The position numbers and the translations under genes were made by a program. From Verrucomicrobiia bacterium (GTDB lineage Bacteria; Omnitrophota; Omnitrophia; Omnitrophales; Aquincolibacteriaceae), in NCBI GenBank assembly GCA_035495615.1, contig DATJFP010000020.1, forward strand, positions 2,258 through 66,257: 64,000 bases of DNA, read 5' to 3'. Below are positions 26,774 to 36,434 of this stretch, piece after piece; the first letter of the stretch is position 1, and every line of letters begins with the position of its first letter. The notes under the pieces were generated by a model that was given only the letters and a program-made list of their open reading frames with translations, was not told where the DNA came from and ran no database searches.

Positions 26774-28339
26774 TCACACCTTTTGCCTGTGCTCCGGCTT
26801 GAGAAGATCGTTCACTTCTTTCACGGGGGCGAAAGTTTCCAGGGGGATCTCCACGAAAAACGTGATCCAATGCGCCATGGCGCCGTTCCAGAGACCCGGC
26901 ATCTCCAGCGCCTTGAGATCCCGGCCGTCCTTGGATTTTTGCGCGATAAAACCCGTGTCCGCGTCCACGTAGCGGGCAAGATCAAAACTCTCGCCGCGCC
27001 AATTCCTCACGCCGCAGACGAGGTTGACGGGGTTGAAGTGCGTGGCCCCTTCCAGCAGCTTGCGCTGCTTCTCGTTTTTCAAATCGGCTTGGGATTTTTC
27101 CACGATTTGTTTGGAAAGCGCGCCGTCCCGGTTCTTCACCCAAAAGGGCCCGCCGCCCGGTTCACCGACATTTTTGACCATGCCGCACACGCGCACAGGC
27201 CTGTCGAGCGCCCGGATCAAAAAGGCCTTCTGCTCCGCGCCAGATTGCGGCACCACGAAGCCCAGCGACTCCGCGAAAGCCGCGGCGTCTTTCAAAACCG
27301 CGGACGGAACTTCGGACACATTCAGGGCGCACAGCAATTCAAAAATCCGCTGCTGCATTTTGACGAGATAACCGCCGAGCAGCCGCTGCGCGTCGAGGAC
27401 AGGCTGGCGCCGCCGGTCCGGCACGACGTTGTCGATGTTTTTAATGAAGACGATGTCCCCTTTCAGATCCTGAAGGTTTTCCAGCAAGGCGCCATGGCCC
27501 GCGGGCCGGAAATGCAGGCGGCCGTCCGCTTCGCGCACCGGACGGTTCTCCAAATCGACAGCGAGCGTGTCGGTCGAAGGTTTCTGATTGGAAAAGCCGA
27601 CTTCGAGCCGCGCTCCGCCGGCCTGGCAGCGCGGCAGCACTTTCTGGACATGCTCGCGGATGCGGTCTTCGTGTTCCGGCGATACCGTAAAATGAAGGCG
27701 CACGTTCCCCTTGGCACCGGCCGCGTATTGCGAGGCTTCGACCAGATGTTCCTCGAAAGCCGAACGCTGAAAAGATCCATAGTCATGGAAAAGAATCAGG
27801 CCCTTGGGCTGATTGGCATAATCCAAGCCTTGAGACGTGAGAAGCCGTTCGAGCAGCGGAACGTACGCTTCTTTGCGAAGGCGCTCGGGATCCTTTCCGG
27901 CCTTGCGGCAAGACGCGGCAAGCTCTCCCCAAAACGCGAATTCGGCGGCATGCGCTGCGAATTCCGCAACCGCGCGGTCGTCGGATTTGTCCGCGCGCAA
28001 TTCGGACGGCTTTTTTTCCGGAGTTTTGGCATCGCGGCCATAAACGCTCAGCAGGGACTTGAACATGCGGCTGGCCGCGCCGGAAGCCGGCACAAAAACC
28101 GTGACGCGGCCCGCCAGGCGTTCGCGTTCGTAAAGCGCGGAAAGCGCCGAGGCCTCGGCGGCGTTCACCGCTTCGATCCCTTTTCCCGGGACGCAGGGCG
28201 CGGCAAGCTCGACGAAGGGAAATCCATCAGTCAGCGCCTTGAGCTGGGAAGCCGCTCGGTCGGGAGAAACACCGCGGGCCTTGAGTTCTTTGAGGTCGTC
28301 CGCGGTCAGCAATGGAGATTCGGTTTTGGAAGAGTCCAT
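26774..28339 (-). CDS. Large conserved hypothetical protein, DUF4301-like / nucleotidyltransferase-like N-terminal motif
   Basis: 521-aa ORF, 1 nt upstream of the ClpX paralog. The Gly-rich motif VFVPASGAASRMF resembles the NTP-transferase G-x-G-T-R loop. The family assignment is from memory only. Confidence 0.5.
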   Translation of the reverse strand: MDSSKTESPLLTADDLKELKARGVSPDRAASQLKALTDGFPFVELAAPCVPGKGIEAVNAAEASALSALYERERLAGRVTVFVPASGAASRMFKSLLSVYGRDAKTPEKKPSELRADKSDDRAVAEFAAHAAEFAFWGELAASCRKAGKDPERLRKEAYVPLLERLLTSQGLDYANQPKGLILFHDYGSFQRSAFEEHLVEASQYAAGAKGNVRLHFTVSPEHEDRIREHVQKVLPRCQAGGARLEVGFSNQKPSTDTLAVDLENRPVREADGRLHFRPAGHGALLENLQDLKGDIVFIKNIDNVVPDRRRQPVLDAQRLLGGYLVKMQQRIFELLCALNVSEVPSAVLKDAAAFAESLGFVVPQSGAEQKAFLIRALDRPVRVCGMVKNVGEPGGGPFWVKNRDGALSKQIVEKSQADLKNEKQRKLLEGATHFNPVNLVCGVRNWRGESFDLARYVDADTGFIAQKSKDGRDLKALEMPGLWNGAMAHWITFFVEIPLETFAPVKEVNDLLKPEHRQKV

Positions 28340-28346
28340 GAAGATT

Positions 28347-28754
28347 TCAGGATATGGCGGGGCGTTTGATGTTGCCGTGATTTTCGAGAAGGTAACGGAT
28401 TTCGTTCAGCAGGCTTTCCGGCTCGAACGGCTTGGACACGTACGCGTCGGCGAGCGCCTTTTCTTCCCCGACCTTGTCGCGAACCCAGGCGCTCAGGATG
28501 ATGATGGGGATGTTTTTGAATGCCGCATACTGCGGGTCGCGCTTCAGGTCCTTGCACACCTGAAGCCCGTTTTTCTGCGGCATGGCCAGATCCAGGATGA
28601 TGAGGTCCGGATTCGAGGCCTTGATTTTTTCCAGGGCCTGGACGCCGTCTTCGGCGGTCACGACGTCATAGTGATTCGACTTCAGGCGCGCCTCGACCAT
28701 CTTGAGAATCGACTTTTCGTCGTCCGCCACCAAAATCTTGGCTTTCTTGCTCAC
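28347..28754 (-). CDS. Single-domain CheY-like response regulator
   Basis: 135 aa. KILVADDE, phospho-acceptor Asp in LIILDLAMP, and conserved Lys in SKPF. Confidence 0.85.
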   Translation of the reverse strand: MSKKAKILVADDEKSILKMVEARLKSNHYDVVTAEDGVQALEKIKASNPDLIILDLAMPQKNGLQVCKDLKRDPQYAAFKNIPIIILSAWVRDKVGEEKALADAYVSKPFEPESLLNEIRYLLENHGNIKRPAIS

Positions 28755-28770
28755 GGATATCTCCTACGGT

Positions 28771-28965
28771 CTATTCATTTTCGGCCAGGGCCTGGAAATC
28801 CTCGATAAGCCCTTCCTCGCCCACCCTCACCTCGAGGTGGATGGGCCGGCAGCAGGTCTGGCAGTCGTACACGAACTTCTGCCGCCGCCCTTCGGTAAGG
28901 TCCACGGAAATGCTCATGGCCGCAAGGCAATAGGGGCATTCAAACTCCAAGGCATCTTCAAGCAT
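28771..28965 (-). CDS. CPXCG-type cysteine-rich zinc-ribbon protein
   Basis: 64 aa with CPYC ... CQTCC spacing characteristic of the Cys-rich CPXCG family. Confidence 0.6.
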   Translation of the reverse strand: MLEDALEFECPYCLAAMSISVDLTEGRRQKFVYDCQTCCRPIHLEVRVGEEGLIEDFQALAENE

Positions 28966-29119
28966 GGCCGCCTCCTGGGTCCCTAGTATTGTAACTTATT
29001 TTCTATCAAGGATGAAGGGTTGCTATGCCGATAAACATGGAGTAAATTACTTAGGTAGTCCCGGCCCCTACAAGGGCGCCCGGAACCTCGACTTTCAAAA
29101 TCCCGGAAAAGGAGAAGTT

Positions 29120-29599
29120 ATGTTAGCGAAGGACCTCATGACTGAAACCGCCGTACTGGTTCACCGTGACATGCTCATCACGGATCTCGCGACCCTTCTC
29201 CGGGAAAAAAGAATCGGCGGCGTTCCTGTGGTCGACGAAAATAATAAAATCGTCGGCATCGTCACGGTGACGGATCTCTTCAACGTCATGAACATCGTAC
29301 GCAAGGTGGGCGGCAAGAGGAACTGGTTTTCGAACTTCATGTTCAGCAAGAAGACCATGACGGTCAAAGAAATTTACACCCGCAAGATGTACAGCGTGCT
29401 CCCCGACACTCCGATCGAAGTCGTGGTCGGCCTCATGCTCGACAAAAACATCCATACGATTCCCGTGATGAATGAAGACCAGACCCTGCTGCACGGCGTC
29501 ATCGGCCGCCACGACGTGACCTGCGCGGCGCTGGGCATTCTTCCCAAAGGCCATCCCCAGGCGGCAGCCTCTCCGGAAGCCAAAACGCCGGCGAAATAA
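29120..29599 (+). CDS. CBS-domain pair protein
   Basis: ATG at 29120 is preceded by the SD AAAGGAGAAG. Two CBS motifs (GGVPVVDENNKIVGIVTVTDL and HTIPVMNEDQTLLHGVIGRHDV). Confidence 0.8.
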   Translation: MLAKDLMTETAVLVHRDMLITDLATLLREKRIGGVPVVDENNKIVGIVTVTDLFNVMNIVRKVGGKRNWFSNFMFSKKTMTVKEIYTRKMYSVLPDTPIEVVVGLMLDKNIHTIPVMNEDQTLLHGVIGRHDVTCAALGILPKGHPQAAASPEAKTPAK

Positions 29600-29616
29600 G
29601 GGCTGCTTCTTCCCTC

Positions 29617-31407
29617 TTACTTCCGCTTGAATTGTCTTTCCAGCTCGGAAAATGTCTTCTTGAAAAAGGTAGGGCGCCCATGCGGGCACGAGAAGGGATT
29701 CTCGCACTGCGCGAGCCTTTCGAGGAGGGCCTGCAGCTGGACGGAAGTCAGCGCGTCATGCGCTTTCACGGATTGGCGCTTGCAGGCGATCAGCGCCGCT
29801 ACATCCTCGCGGTGTTCTTCCAGCCGCGTCTTGACTTGTCCGTCTTCGCGTTCTTCGACGTAGGCCTTCAGAAATGCCAGAGGATCTTCCTTTTCGAGAA
29901 TTGCCGGATAAGACCGGACCACGAAAGCCCGTTCCCCGAATTCCTCGATCTCGAAGCCCACCTTGCGCAACAGCGGCAGCGAACTTTGCAGAACTTCCAC
30001 CTGGCGCGGGTGCAGCTCCAGGATCTCGTCCATCAGAAAGTTCTGCCTCGCGACAGGTCCTGCGCCGTCGAAATTCTTGAGCAGCGCCTCGAACATGACG
30101 CGCTCGTGGGCTGCGTGCTGATCGATCACCATGAACCCTTCTTCCGTTTCCGTGACGATGAATGTCGCGTGCACTTGGCCAAGGATTTTGGTGATCTTCA
30201 GCTGGTTGCGGATGGAAATCATGGGCTCGGGTTCCGCGGGACGCGCCTTGGCGGCCGGCGCGCCGGACATCACGGCAGGCTCTCCTACTTCCAGGATCGT
30301 GCCGAGCTCGGATTTATAAAGCGACACGGGATCGCTCTTGCCGGAAAATGCCGGGAGGCCCGCCGGGATTTCACCCGAAACCGGCTCTTTGAACGGGCGC
30401 AGCTCCGGGCTGATGTCCCCTTCCTCGATCAGCCTCTCGGCCACGACCTTCTTGATCAGGGATTTGACTTCGGATTCGTGCGAAAGCCGGACTTCCTGCT
30501 TCGTGGGATGCACGTTCACGTCGACTTTCGCGGGATCGAGCTCCAAAAACAAAACGGCCGCGGGAAATTGCCCGTGCATCAGAAGTCCGTGGTAGCCGGC
30601 CTGAAGCGCATGCGAAAGACCGATCGAGCGCACCCAGCGGCGGTTCACGAAGAAGCTCTGGCCCGAGCGGTTGGCGCGCGCCACGTACGGCTTGCCGATG
30701 AAGCCGTGGATCTTGATGCCCGGAACTTCGGCATCGAGACGCAAAAGATGTTTGGCCGTGTCGCCGCCCAGGACTTTTTCCGCGCGCGCCATGAAATCCG
30801 ATGCCGGAGAAAGGTCCCAAATCGTTTTGCCCGAAGACTTGAACTGCACGCGCAGCGACGGGTAGGAAAGGGCGAAGTTCTGGACCACATCCATAACGTG
30901 CCCCATTTCCGTGGAATCGGTCTTGATGAATTTGCGGCGCGCGGGCGTATTGAAGAAAAGATCACGGATCTCGACCGATGTGCCGGGCGCGGCAGGCGCT
31001 TCTTTGACGTGCAGGATATGGCCGCCTTCGATCGCAATCTCCGTGGCCGCATTCGCTTTTGCAGGACGCGTGACGAGCTTGACACGCGAGACCGCGGCAA
31101 TGCTCGGCAAGGCCTCCCCGCGGAAGCCATAAGACGCGATCGCGTCCAGGTCGGAGATATCCGTGATCTTGCTTGTCGCGTGGCGCTTGAAGGCCAGCTC
31201 CGCATCTTCGGCGTTCATGCCGCATCCGTTGTCGGCCACGCGGATGAAGCTGCGGCCGCCGTGATTGATCTCGACTTCGATGGCCGTAGCCCCCGCGTCC
31301 AGCGCATTTTCCAAAAGCTCCTTCACGATGGAGCTGGGGCGTTCGACGACTTCGCCGGCCGCGATTTTGTTGGCGATGTGCTCGGGAAGCACGCGGATAA
31401 TGCCCAT
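29617..31407 (-). CDS. mutL: DNA mismatch repair protein MutL
   Basis: Start MGIIRVLPEHIANKIAAGEVVERP at ATG 31405-31407, overlapping the mutS stop as ATGA. GHKL ATPase motifs and C-terminal dimerisation domain. Confidence 0.92.
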   Translation of the reverse strand: MGIIRVLPEHIANKIAAGEVVERPSSIVKELLENALDAGATAIEVEINHGGRSFIRVADNGCGMNAEDAELAFKRHATSKITDISDLDAIASYGFRGEALPSIAAVSRVKLVTRPAKANAATEIAIEGGHILHVKEAPAAPGTSVEIRDLFFNTPARRKFIKTDSTEMGHVMDVVQNFALSYPSLRVQFKSSGKTIWDLSPASDFMARAEKVLGGDTAKHLLRLDAEVPGIKIHGFIGKPYVARANRSGQSFFVNRRWVRSIGLSHALQAGYHGLLMHGQFPAAVLFLELDPAKVDVNVHPTKQEVRLSHESEVKSLIKKVVAERLIEEGDISPELRPFKEPVSGEIPAGLPAFSGKSDPVSLYKSELGTILEVGEPAVMSGAPAAKARPAEPEPMISIRNQLKITKILGQVHATFIVTETEEGFMVIDQHAAHERVMFEALLKNFDGAGPVARQNFLMDEILELHPRQVEVLQSSLPLLRKVGFEIEEFGERAFVVRSYPAILEKEDPLAFLKAYVEEREDGQVKTRLEEHREDVAALIACKRQSVKAHDALTSVQLQALLERLAQCENPFSCPHGRPTFFKKTFSELERQFKRK

Positions 31408-34067
31408 CACGCGCCGCCTTTCGAATCCGGCTTCAGCCGGTCTGTCCATTCCGCAAGCTTGTTGAGCGCCTGCAGCGGCGTGAGCCCTTCGACCGTCATG
31501 TTCCGGAGCTCTTCCAGGACGGGATGGTTTTGCTGCGACCATTCGAAAAGCGTTTGCTGGGTCTCGGCCTTCTTTTTGTTTCTCTTGCCTTCGATGATCT
31601 GCGTGGCTTCCGTGTTCTCGCTTTCAAGAACGTCGAGAATCTTGCGGGCGCGCTGGGTCACAACTTGGGGAATACCGGCCAGGCGCGCGACGTGGATGCC
31701 GTAGCTGCGGTCGGAGCCGCCTCGCACGACCTTGCGCAGGAAAATGATGTCGTCCTTGGTTTCCCGGACCGTGATGTTGTAGTTCTTGATGCTGGAAAAA
31801 TGGTCTTCAAGCTGCGTGAGCTCGTGATAATGCGTCGCAAAAAGCGTGCGCGGACGATGCGTTCCCTGCACCAGGTATTCGCAGATGGCCCAGGCAATGC
31901 TCACGCCGTCGAACGTGGACGTGCCGCGCCCGACTTCATCGAGAATCAGAAGGCTGCGGGACGTCGCCTTTTGCAGGATGTTTGCGGTTTCCACCATCTC
32001 GACCATGAACGTGCTCTCGCCCGAGGCCAGGTCGTCACTCGCGCCGATGCGCGTGAAAATGCGGTCCACGAGCCCAATGCGCGCGCTTTTCGCGGGGACG
32101 TAAGAACCGATCTGCGCAAGGATCACGATCAGCCCAATCTGGCGGATGTAAGTGGATTTACCGGCCATATTCGGACCGGTCAGCACGACAAGCTGGTTTT
32201 CGGCGCTATCCAGAAACGCGTCATTCTCCACGAATTTCCCGGAAGGCAGCATGGCCTCGACCACGGGATGGCGGCCGCCTTCGATCATGAGTTCGCCGGT
32301 TTCGACGACCGTGGGCCGTACCCAGCGTTTGTTCAACGCGGTGATGGCCAGCGACGCCAGCGCATCCAGCACGCCGATGCCGCGCGACATGGCCTGCAGC
32401 GGCTGAAGCTCCTGCAGGATTGTTTCGCGGATCCGGCTGAAGATCTCGTATTCGAGCGCCTTGATCTTGTCCTGCGCCCCGGAAATTTTCTCGTCCCATT
32501 CTTTCAGTTCCGGCACCACAAAGCGCTCGGCATTCGCCAGCGTCTGGCGCCGGATGTAATCGGGCGGTACGAGGTGCAGACTGCCTTTACTGATCTCCAG
32601 CGCATAGCCGAACACCTGAGAATATTTGACCTTGAGCGTCTTGATGCCCGTGCGCTCGATTTCCCGCTGCTGGAATTCCAGGATCCAGGACTTGCCTTTC
32701 TGCGAAATCGCCTTCAGTTCGTCCAGCGCCGCGTCATAGCCGTCGCGGATCATTCCGCCCTCTTTCAGCGTAAGCGGCGGATTCTCGACGATCGAGCGGC
32801 CGATCAGCTCCGCAAGCTTCGGAAATGGATTCAGGACCTTGAGCACGTCGGCAAGGAGCACGTTGAAAAACCCCGCCAGCTGTTTCTGGATTTCAGGGAC
32901 GCGCGTGAGGAAAAGCTGGAGGTTGAGCAGGTCGCGCGCATTGGCCACGCCGTAATTCAGGCGGCAAAGCGTGCGCTCCACGTCTTTCACGCCGCGCATG
33001 AGCTCGCGCAAAGCCTGCATGGCGTCCGCCTTCGCGGCCAGCTCCTGGACCGCGTCCTGGCGCTTCCCGATTTCCGCCGCGGAAAGCAGCGGATGCGTGA
33101 TCCACTGATAAAGCGTGCGGCCGCCCATGGAAGTCAGCGTCTGGTCCACGGTGCCGAGCAAGGTCTCGGCGCCTTTTTTGCCCTGCTGTGTGGTGACGAT
33201 CTCGAGGCTGCGCTGCGTGCTGCGTTCGAGCGCCAGGTATTCACTCGTGTCGAGCATGACCGGCACGCGCACGTGCCCGATCTGCGAGTGAAGATGATCG
33301 CGGAGATAATAAAGCACGGCGCCGGCCGCGGAAACCGCGAGCGGGCGGTCCGCGAAGGGAATGCTTTTTTCCGAAACCAGCTTGAACGATTCCTTCAAAA
33401 GCCGCGCGCCTTCGTCGCGTTCGAAAATCCAGTCGTCGTAGACCGTGACGCTGGCGCCGAGCCCCGTCTTCAAAAAACGCAGGAGGCTCTCGTCCTTGGC
33501 TGCGCCTGAAGGAAGGATTACTTCGCGCGGCGCGAGCAGCGTGAGGTCGCTCAGCATGCGCTCGGCCGGGATCTGGCGCACGTAAAATTCGCCGGTGCTG
33601 AGCTCGAGGTAAGCGAACGCGCATTGCGTGCCGTCCGCGACAAGGCAGGCCAGGTATTCCTGGCTGTTGGACTTGGCTTCGTCTTCCAGGTAAGTCGCCG
33701 GCGACACGATCCGGGTAATCTTTCTTTCCACGATGCCTTTCGCCGCTTTGGGATCACCGACCTGTTCGCAGATCGCCACTTTCAGGTTGTGTTCCAGCAG
33801 GACGCGGACATAGCCCTGGTAGGAATGGTAGGGCACGCCGCACATGGGAACGCGCCCGGCTTCGCCGCCTTCCCTTCCGGTCAGGGTAATGTCCAGGATC
33901 TCGGAAGCGCGCACGGCATCGTCAAGGAACATTTCATAGAAGTCGCCCAGACGGAAGAAGAGAATCGTATCCTTTGGAAGGGTTTTTTTGATGGAACGGT
34001 ACTGCTCCATCATCGGAGACAACTTGAGATGCTCGATCGTGTCCTGGGGCATGGTAAGGTCCGTCAT
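31407..34067 (-). CDS. mutS: DNA mismatch repair protein MutS
   Basis: 886 aa. Mismatch-binding FYEMF motif, Walker A GPNMAGKST, and the ABC signature region. Confidence 0.95.
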   Translation of the reverse strand: MTDLTMPQDTIEHLKLSPMMEQYRSIKKTLPKDTILFFRLGDFYEMFLDDAVRASEILDITLTGREGGEAGRVPMCGVPYHSYQGYVRVLLEHNLKVAICEQVGDPKAAKGIVERKITRIVSPATYLEDEAKSNSQEYLACLVADGTQCAFAYLELSTGEFYVRQIPAERMLSDLTLLAPREVILPSGAAKDESLLRFLKTGLGASVTVYDDWIFERDEGARLLKESFKLVSEKSIPFADRPLAVSAAGAVLYYLRDHLHSQIGHVRVPVMLDTSEYLALERSTQRSLEIVTTQQGKKGAETLLGTVDQTLTSMGGRTLYQWITHPLLSAAEIGKRQDAVQELAAKADAMQALRELMRGVKDVERTLCRLNYGVANARDLLNLQLFLTRVPEIQKQLAGFFNVLLADVLKVLNPFPKLAELIGRSIVENPPLTLKEGGMIRDGYDAALDELKAISQKGKSWILEFQQREIERTGIKTLKVKYSQVFGYALEISKGSLHLVPPDYIRRQTLANAERFVVPELKEWDEKISGAQDKIKALEYEIFSRIRETILQELQPLQAMSRGIGVLDALASLAITALNKRWVRPTVVETGELMIEGGRHPVVEAMLPSGKFVENDAFLDSAENQLVVLTGPNMAGKSTYIRQIGLIVILAQIGSYVPAKSARIGLVDRIFTRIGASDDLASGESTFMVEMVETANILQKATSRSLLILDEVGRGTSTFDGVSIAWAICEYLVQGTHRPRTLFATHYHELTQLEDHFSSIKNYNITVRETKDDIIFLRKVVRGGSDRSYGIHVARLAGIPQVVTQRARKILDVLESENTEATQIIEGKRNKKKAETQQTLFEWSQQNHPVLEELRNMTVEGLTPLQALNKLAEWTDRLKPDSKGGA

Positions 34068-34126
34068 GAGGTTGGAGCATTATAGCCGAAGCCCAAGACC
34101 GGACAAAAGAACTTCTTTGAGGAAAA

Positions 34127-34657
34127 TCAGCTGCCGAAGCCGGAAAGAATGAAATCGTGGAACTCGTCTTCGAAGGAATTGCGGAAGGCCTCGAGCGTTT
34201 CGACGAGAACGAGAATGGAACGGCTGAGAGCCGCGAGCGCGGCCTGGCGGCCGGACGCGGAAGCGGGCGCAGGAACAAGACGCTGGATCAGGCGGCCCGC
34301 GAGCACGGCGGATACCGACTCTTCTTCCGCATCATCGGGCGCGTAAAAATAATCGCTGAACGACGCAGCCAGGCCCGTCATCTTGGGTGTCTGGAAATTG
34401 GCCATCACGGCCTGAAAAAAAAGCTTACGCGTCACCGCGTCGTCGGCGCCCGCCTCCTGGCAGAGCGCGTCCCAGGCGCGGGCGGCCAGTGCCAGCTTGA
34501 CCGGAAGGTATTCCAGCGCAAACTGGTCCTTGGAAATGCCGGCGAGGCCGGGATTATTCTGACGCATGAGCTCCAAAAGCGCGCCATGCTCCTGGTCGTC
34601 GTAGACCGTGGAAAGCATTTTTTGCGCCTGGGCTTTGAAATCGAGTTTGGGTTCCAT
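34127..34657 (-). CDS. Hypothetical protein
   Basis: 176-aa ORF with coding-like composition, colinear with the operon; no recognisable domain. Confidence 0.5.
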   Translation of the reverse strand: MEPKLDFKAQAQKMLSTVYDDQEHGALLELMRQNNPGLAGISKDQFALEYLPVKLALAARAWDALCQEAGADDAVTRKLFFQAVMANFQTPKMTGLAASFSDYFYAPDDAEEESVSAVLAGRLIQRLVPAPASASGRQAALAALSRSILVLVETLEAFRNSFEDEFHDFILSGFGS

Positions 34658-34670
34658 GACTCAGGAAAAG

Positions 34671-35006
34671 TTAATAACCGCCGCCGACTTGCATGAGTTC
34701 GAGAAAAAGGATCAGGAACAAGGTGCCCGCCATCCATTCGAAGCTGGGCCGCACGACAAGAATCCCCAGGCCGCAAAACGCGTAAAAGCAGCCGATGGCC
34801 ATGCTGCGGAGAACGCCCCAGTCCAGCAGGCTGCCGTAGGGATAGGCCATGGATCCGACGATCACCTTGAAAAAACCGAAAGCCACGAAGAAAAAACCCG
34901 CGAAATAATAGAATGCGTCCGTGTACTTGTCCAAACCCAGCGGGTCCGGGCCGTCCAGATTCTTCTTTTTAGCCGAGGGCTTGGGATGGTCTTCGTCGTC
35001 GGGCAT
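34671..35006 (-). CDS. Small hypothetical membrane protein
   Basis: 111 aa with three hydrophobic helices (FYYFAGFFFVAFGFF ...). Confidence 0.45.
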   Translation of the reverse strand: MPDDEDHPKPSAKKKNLDGPDPLGLDKYTDAFYYFAGFFFVAFGFFKVIVGSMAYPYGSLLDWGVLRSMAIGCFYAFCGLGILVVRPSFEWMAGTLFLILFLELMQVGGGY

Positions 35007-35019
35007 AAACTATGTATCG

Positions 35020-35559
35020 TCAAAACCCTTTAATATTTTCGCGGAAAACTTCAGAGCTCCAGCCCTTTTCGTCAGAAGCCGCTTCGGCTGCGGCTCGCAC
35101 CGTCTCAAGCGCTTCCGCCTGGACGCTGAGATCCAGGATCCACACCCCCCCGCCGTCCTTCACAAGCTTGGCCGTGATCGCGGCTTCACCTCCCATGAAA
35201 AGAGCCTTGGCATCGCAGACCAGAACTCCGTCCTCAGTATTGGAGGTATAACCGCATCCCCGCCATTCCTTCAACGGCCCCAGCCGGACCGCCGAGGCTT
35301 CGAAGAGCGCCCGCAGGTCTTCGTGGGGAATCCGCTTGGCGAGCTGAGGATGAATATGTTTCTCGAAAGACTCGAAGTCCCACTGGGTCAGGATGGCGAC
35401 GAGCACTTCCTCCGGATTTTCGGGAGCGGTAACCACCGCGGCCTCGGAGGCGCGGTGCGCGGCAAAACGCTGGAACAAGATGTCGAATTGGCGGCGGACT
35501 CCGAACAAATACGCCACCAGACCCAGCGCGATCACCAGCAAAAAAACATAGCGCATCAT
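35020..35559 (-). CDS. Membrane-anchored hypothetical protein
   Basis: 179 aa with an N-terminal TM helix MMRYVFLLVIALGLVAYLF. Overlaps the creatininase gene by 4 nt. Confidence 0.5.
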   Translation of the reverse strand: MMRYVFLLVIALGLVAYLFGVRRQFDILFQRFAAHRASEAAVVTAPENPEEVLVAILTQWDFESFEKHIHPQLAKRIPHEDLRALFEASAVRLGPLKEWRGCGYTSNTEDGVLVCDAKALFMGGEAAITAKLVKDGGGVWILDLSVQAEALETVRAAAEAASDEKGWSSEVFRENIKGF

Positions 35560-36434
35560 GACGGGCTTGCGGACGTTTGGGGCGTTCTGCTGCGGAGATC
35601 ACGGATTTGTTTCAAAGCCGCCTGGATTTTCAAGTCCAGGAGCTTCTCTCCCCGCTCTTCGCTGGCTCGCGTGGGATCGCCGGCCACGCCGGTCAGGAAA
35701 GAAAGCCCGCCGCCGTCGCGCTTGGCAAGATCGCGGCGCACGCCGCTCGGATCGACGGCCAGGAGTTCGGACGTATCGCGGATGCCCGCGTGTTTGCCGA
35801 TGGATTCCATGGTCTCGCCCTGCGACTTCAGCCATTCGATCTGGCCGTTGCCGGGCCCGTAGTAATCCGAGACGTTGTAAATCTTCGTTCCCTGCGCCGC
35901 GAATTCCTTGCGCAGTTTCTGCGCGACGCGCTCCTGCGGTTCCTGGTTGTCGAAGCTGTCGCCCAGGAAATAGATTTCGCGGAAGCCTTTGGAGATGAGG
36001 CTGCGCGCCGCGTGCTCGAGGACCTGCTCGAAGACTTCCGGAGGAATGCTGATCGTTCCCGGGAATCGCATATGGCCTTCCCCCGGCTTGCCTTCCGGCA
36101 CGTAGCCCAGGACCGGCGCGACCAGCGCGTCGCCGAGTTCCTGCGCGATTTTTTCCGACGTGACGCGGACAATCTTGTTGTGCTTGCCGAGCACCATGTG
36201 CGGGCCGTTCTGTTCCGTGCCGCCGGTGGGAAGAATCGCCGTCGTCATGCCGCGGTCGAGCGCCTGCTGCACCTCCACCCAGGTGAGGTCTTCGAGAAAG
36301 ACCGAAGGAAGCTTCGCATCCGGTTTGGCGGCATGAGCGGTCTTGGCCCAGAAGGCGGGACCGCCGGCAAAGAGACGCGCGCCCCCGAAGGCAACGCCTG
36401 CCGCAACCGCCAAAGCGAAGATTGTTTTTTTCAT
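35556..36434 (-). CDS. Creatininase-family (creatinine amidohydrolase-like) protein with N-terminal signal peptide
   Basis: Conserved block AILPTGGTEQNGPHM. An N-terminal hydrophobic segment suggests export. 292 aa. Confidence 0.75.
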   Translation of the reverse strand: MKKTIFALAVAAGVAFGGARLFAGGPAFWAKTAHAAKPDAKLPSVFLEDLTWVEVQQALDRGMTTAILPTGGTEQNGPHMVLGKHNKIVRVTSEKIAQELGDALVAPVLGYVPEGKPGEGHMRFPGTISIPPEVFEQVLEHAARSLISKGFREIYFLGDSFDNQEPQERVAQKLRKEFAAQGTKIYNVSDYYGPGNGQIEWLKSQGETMESIGKHAGIRDTSELLAVDPSGVRRDLAKRDGGGLSFLTGVAGDPTRASEERGEKLLDLKIQAALKQIRDLRSRTPQTSASPS

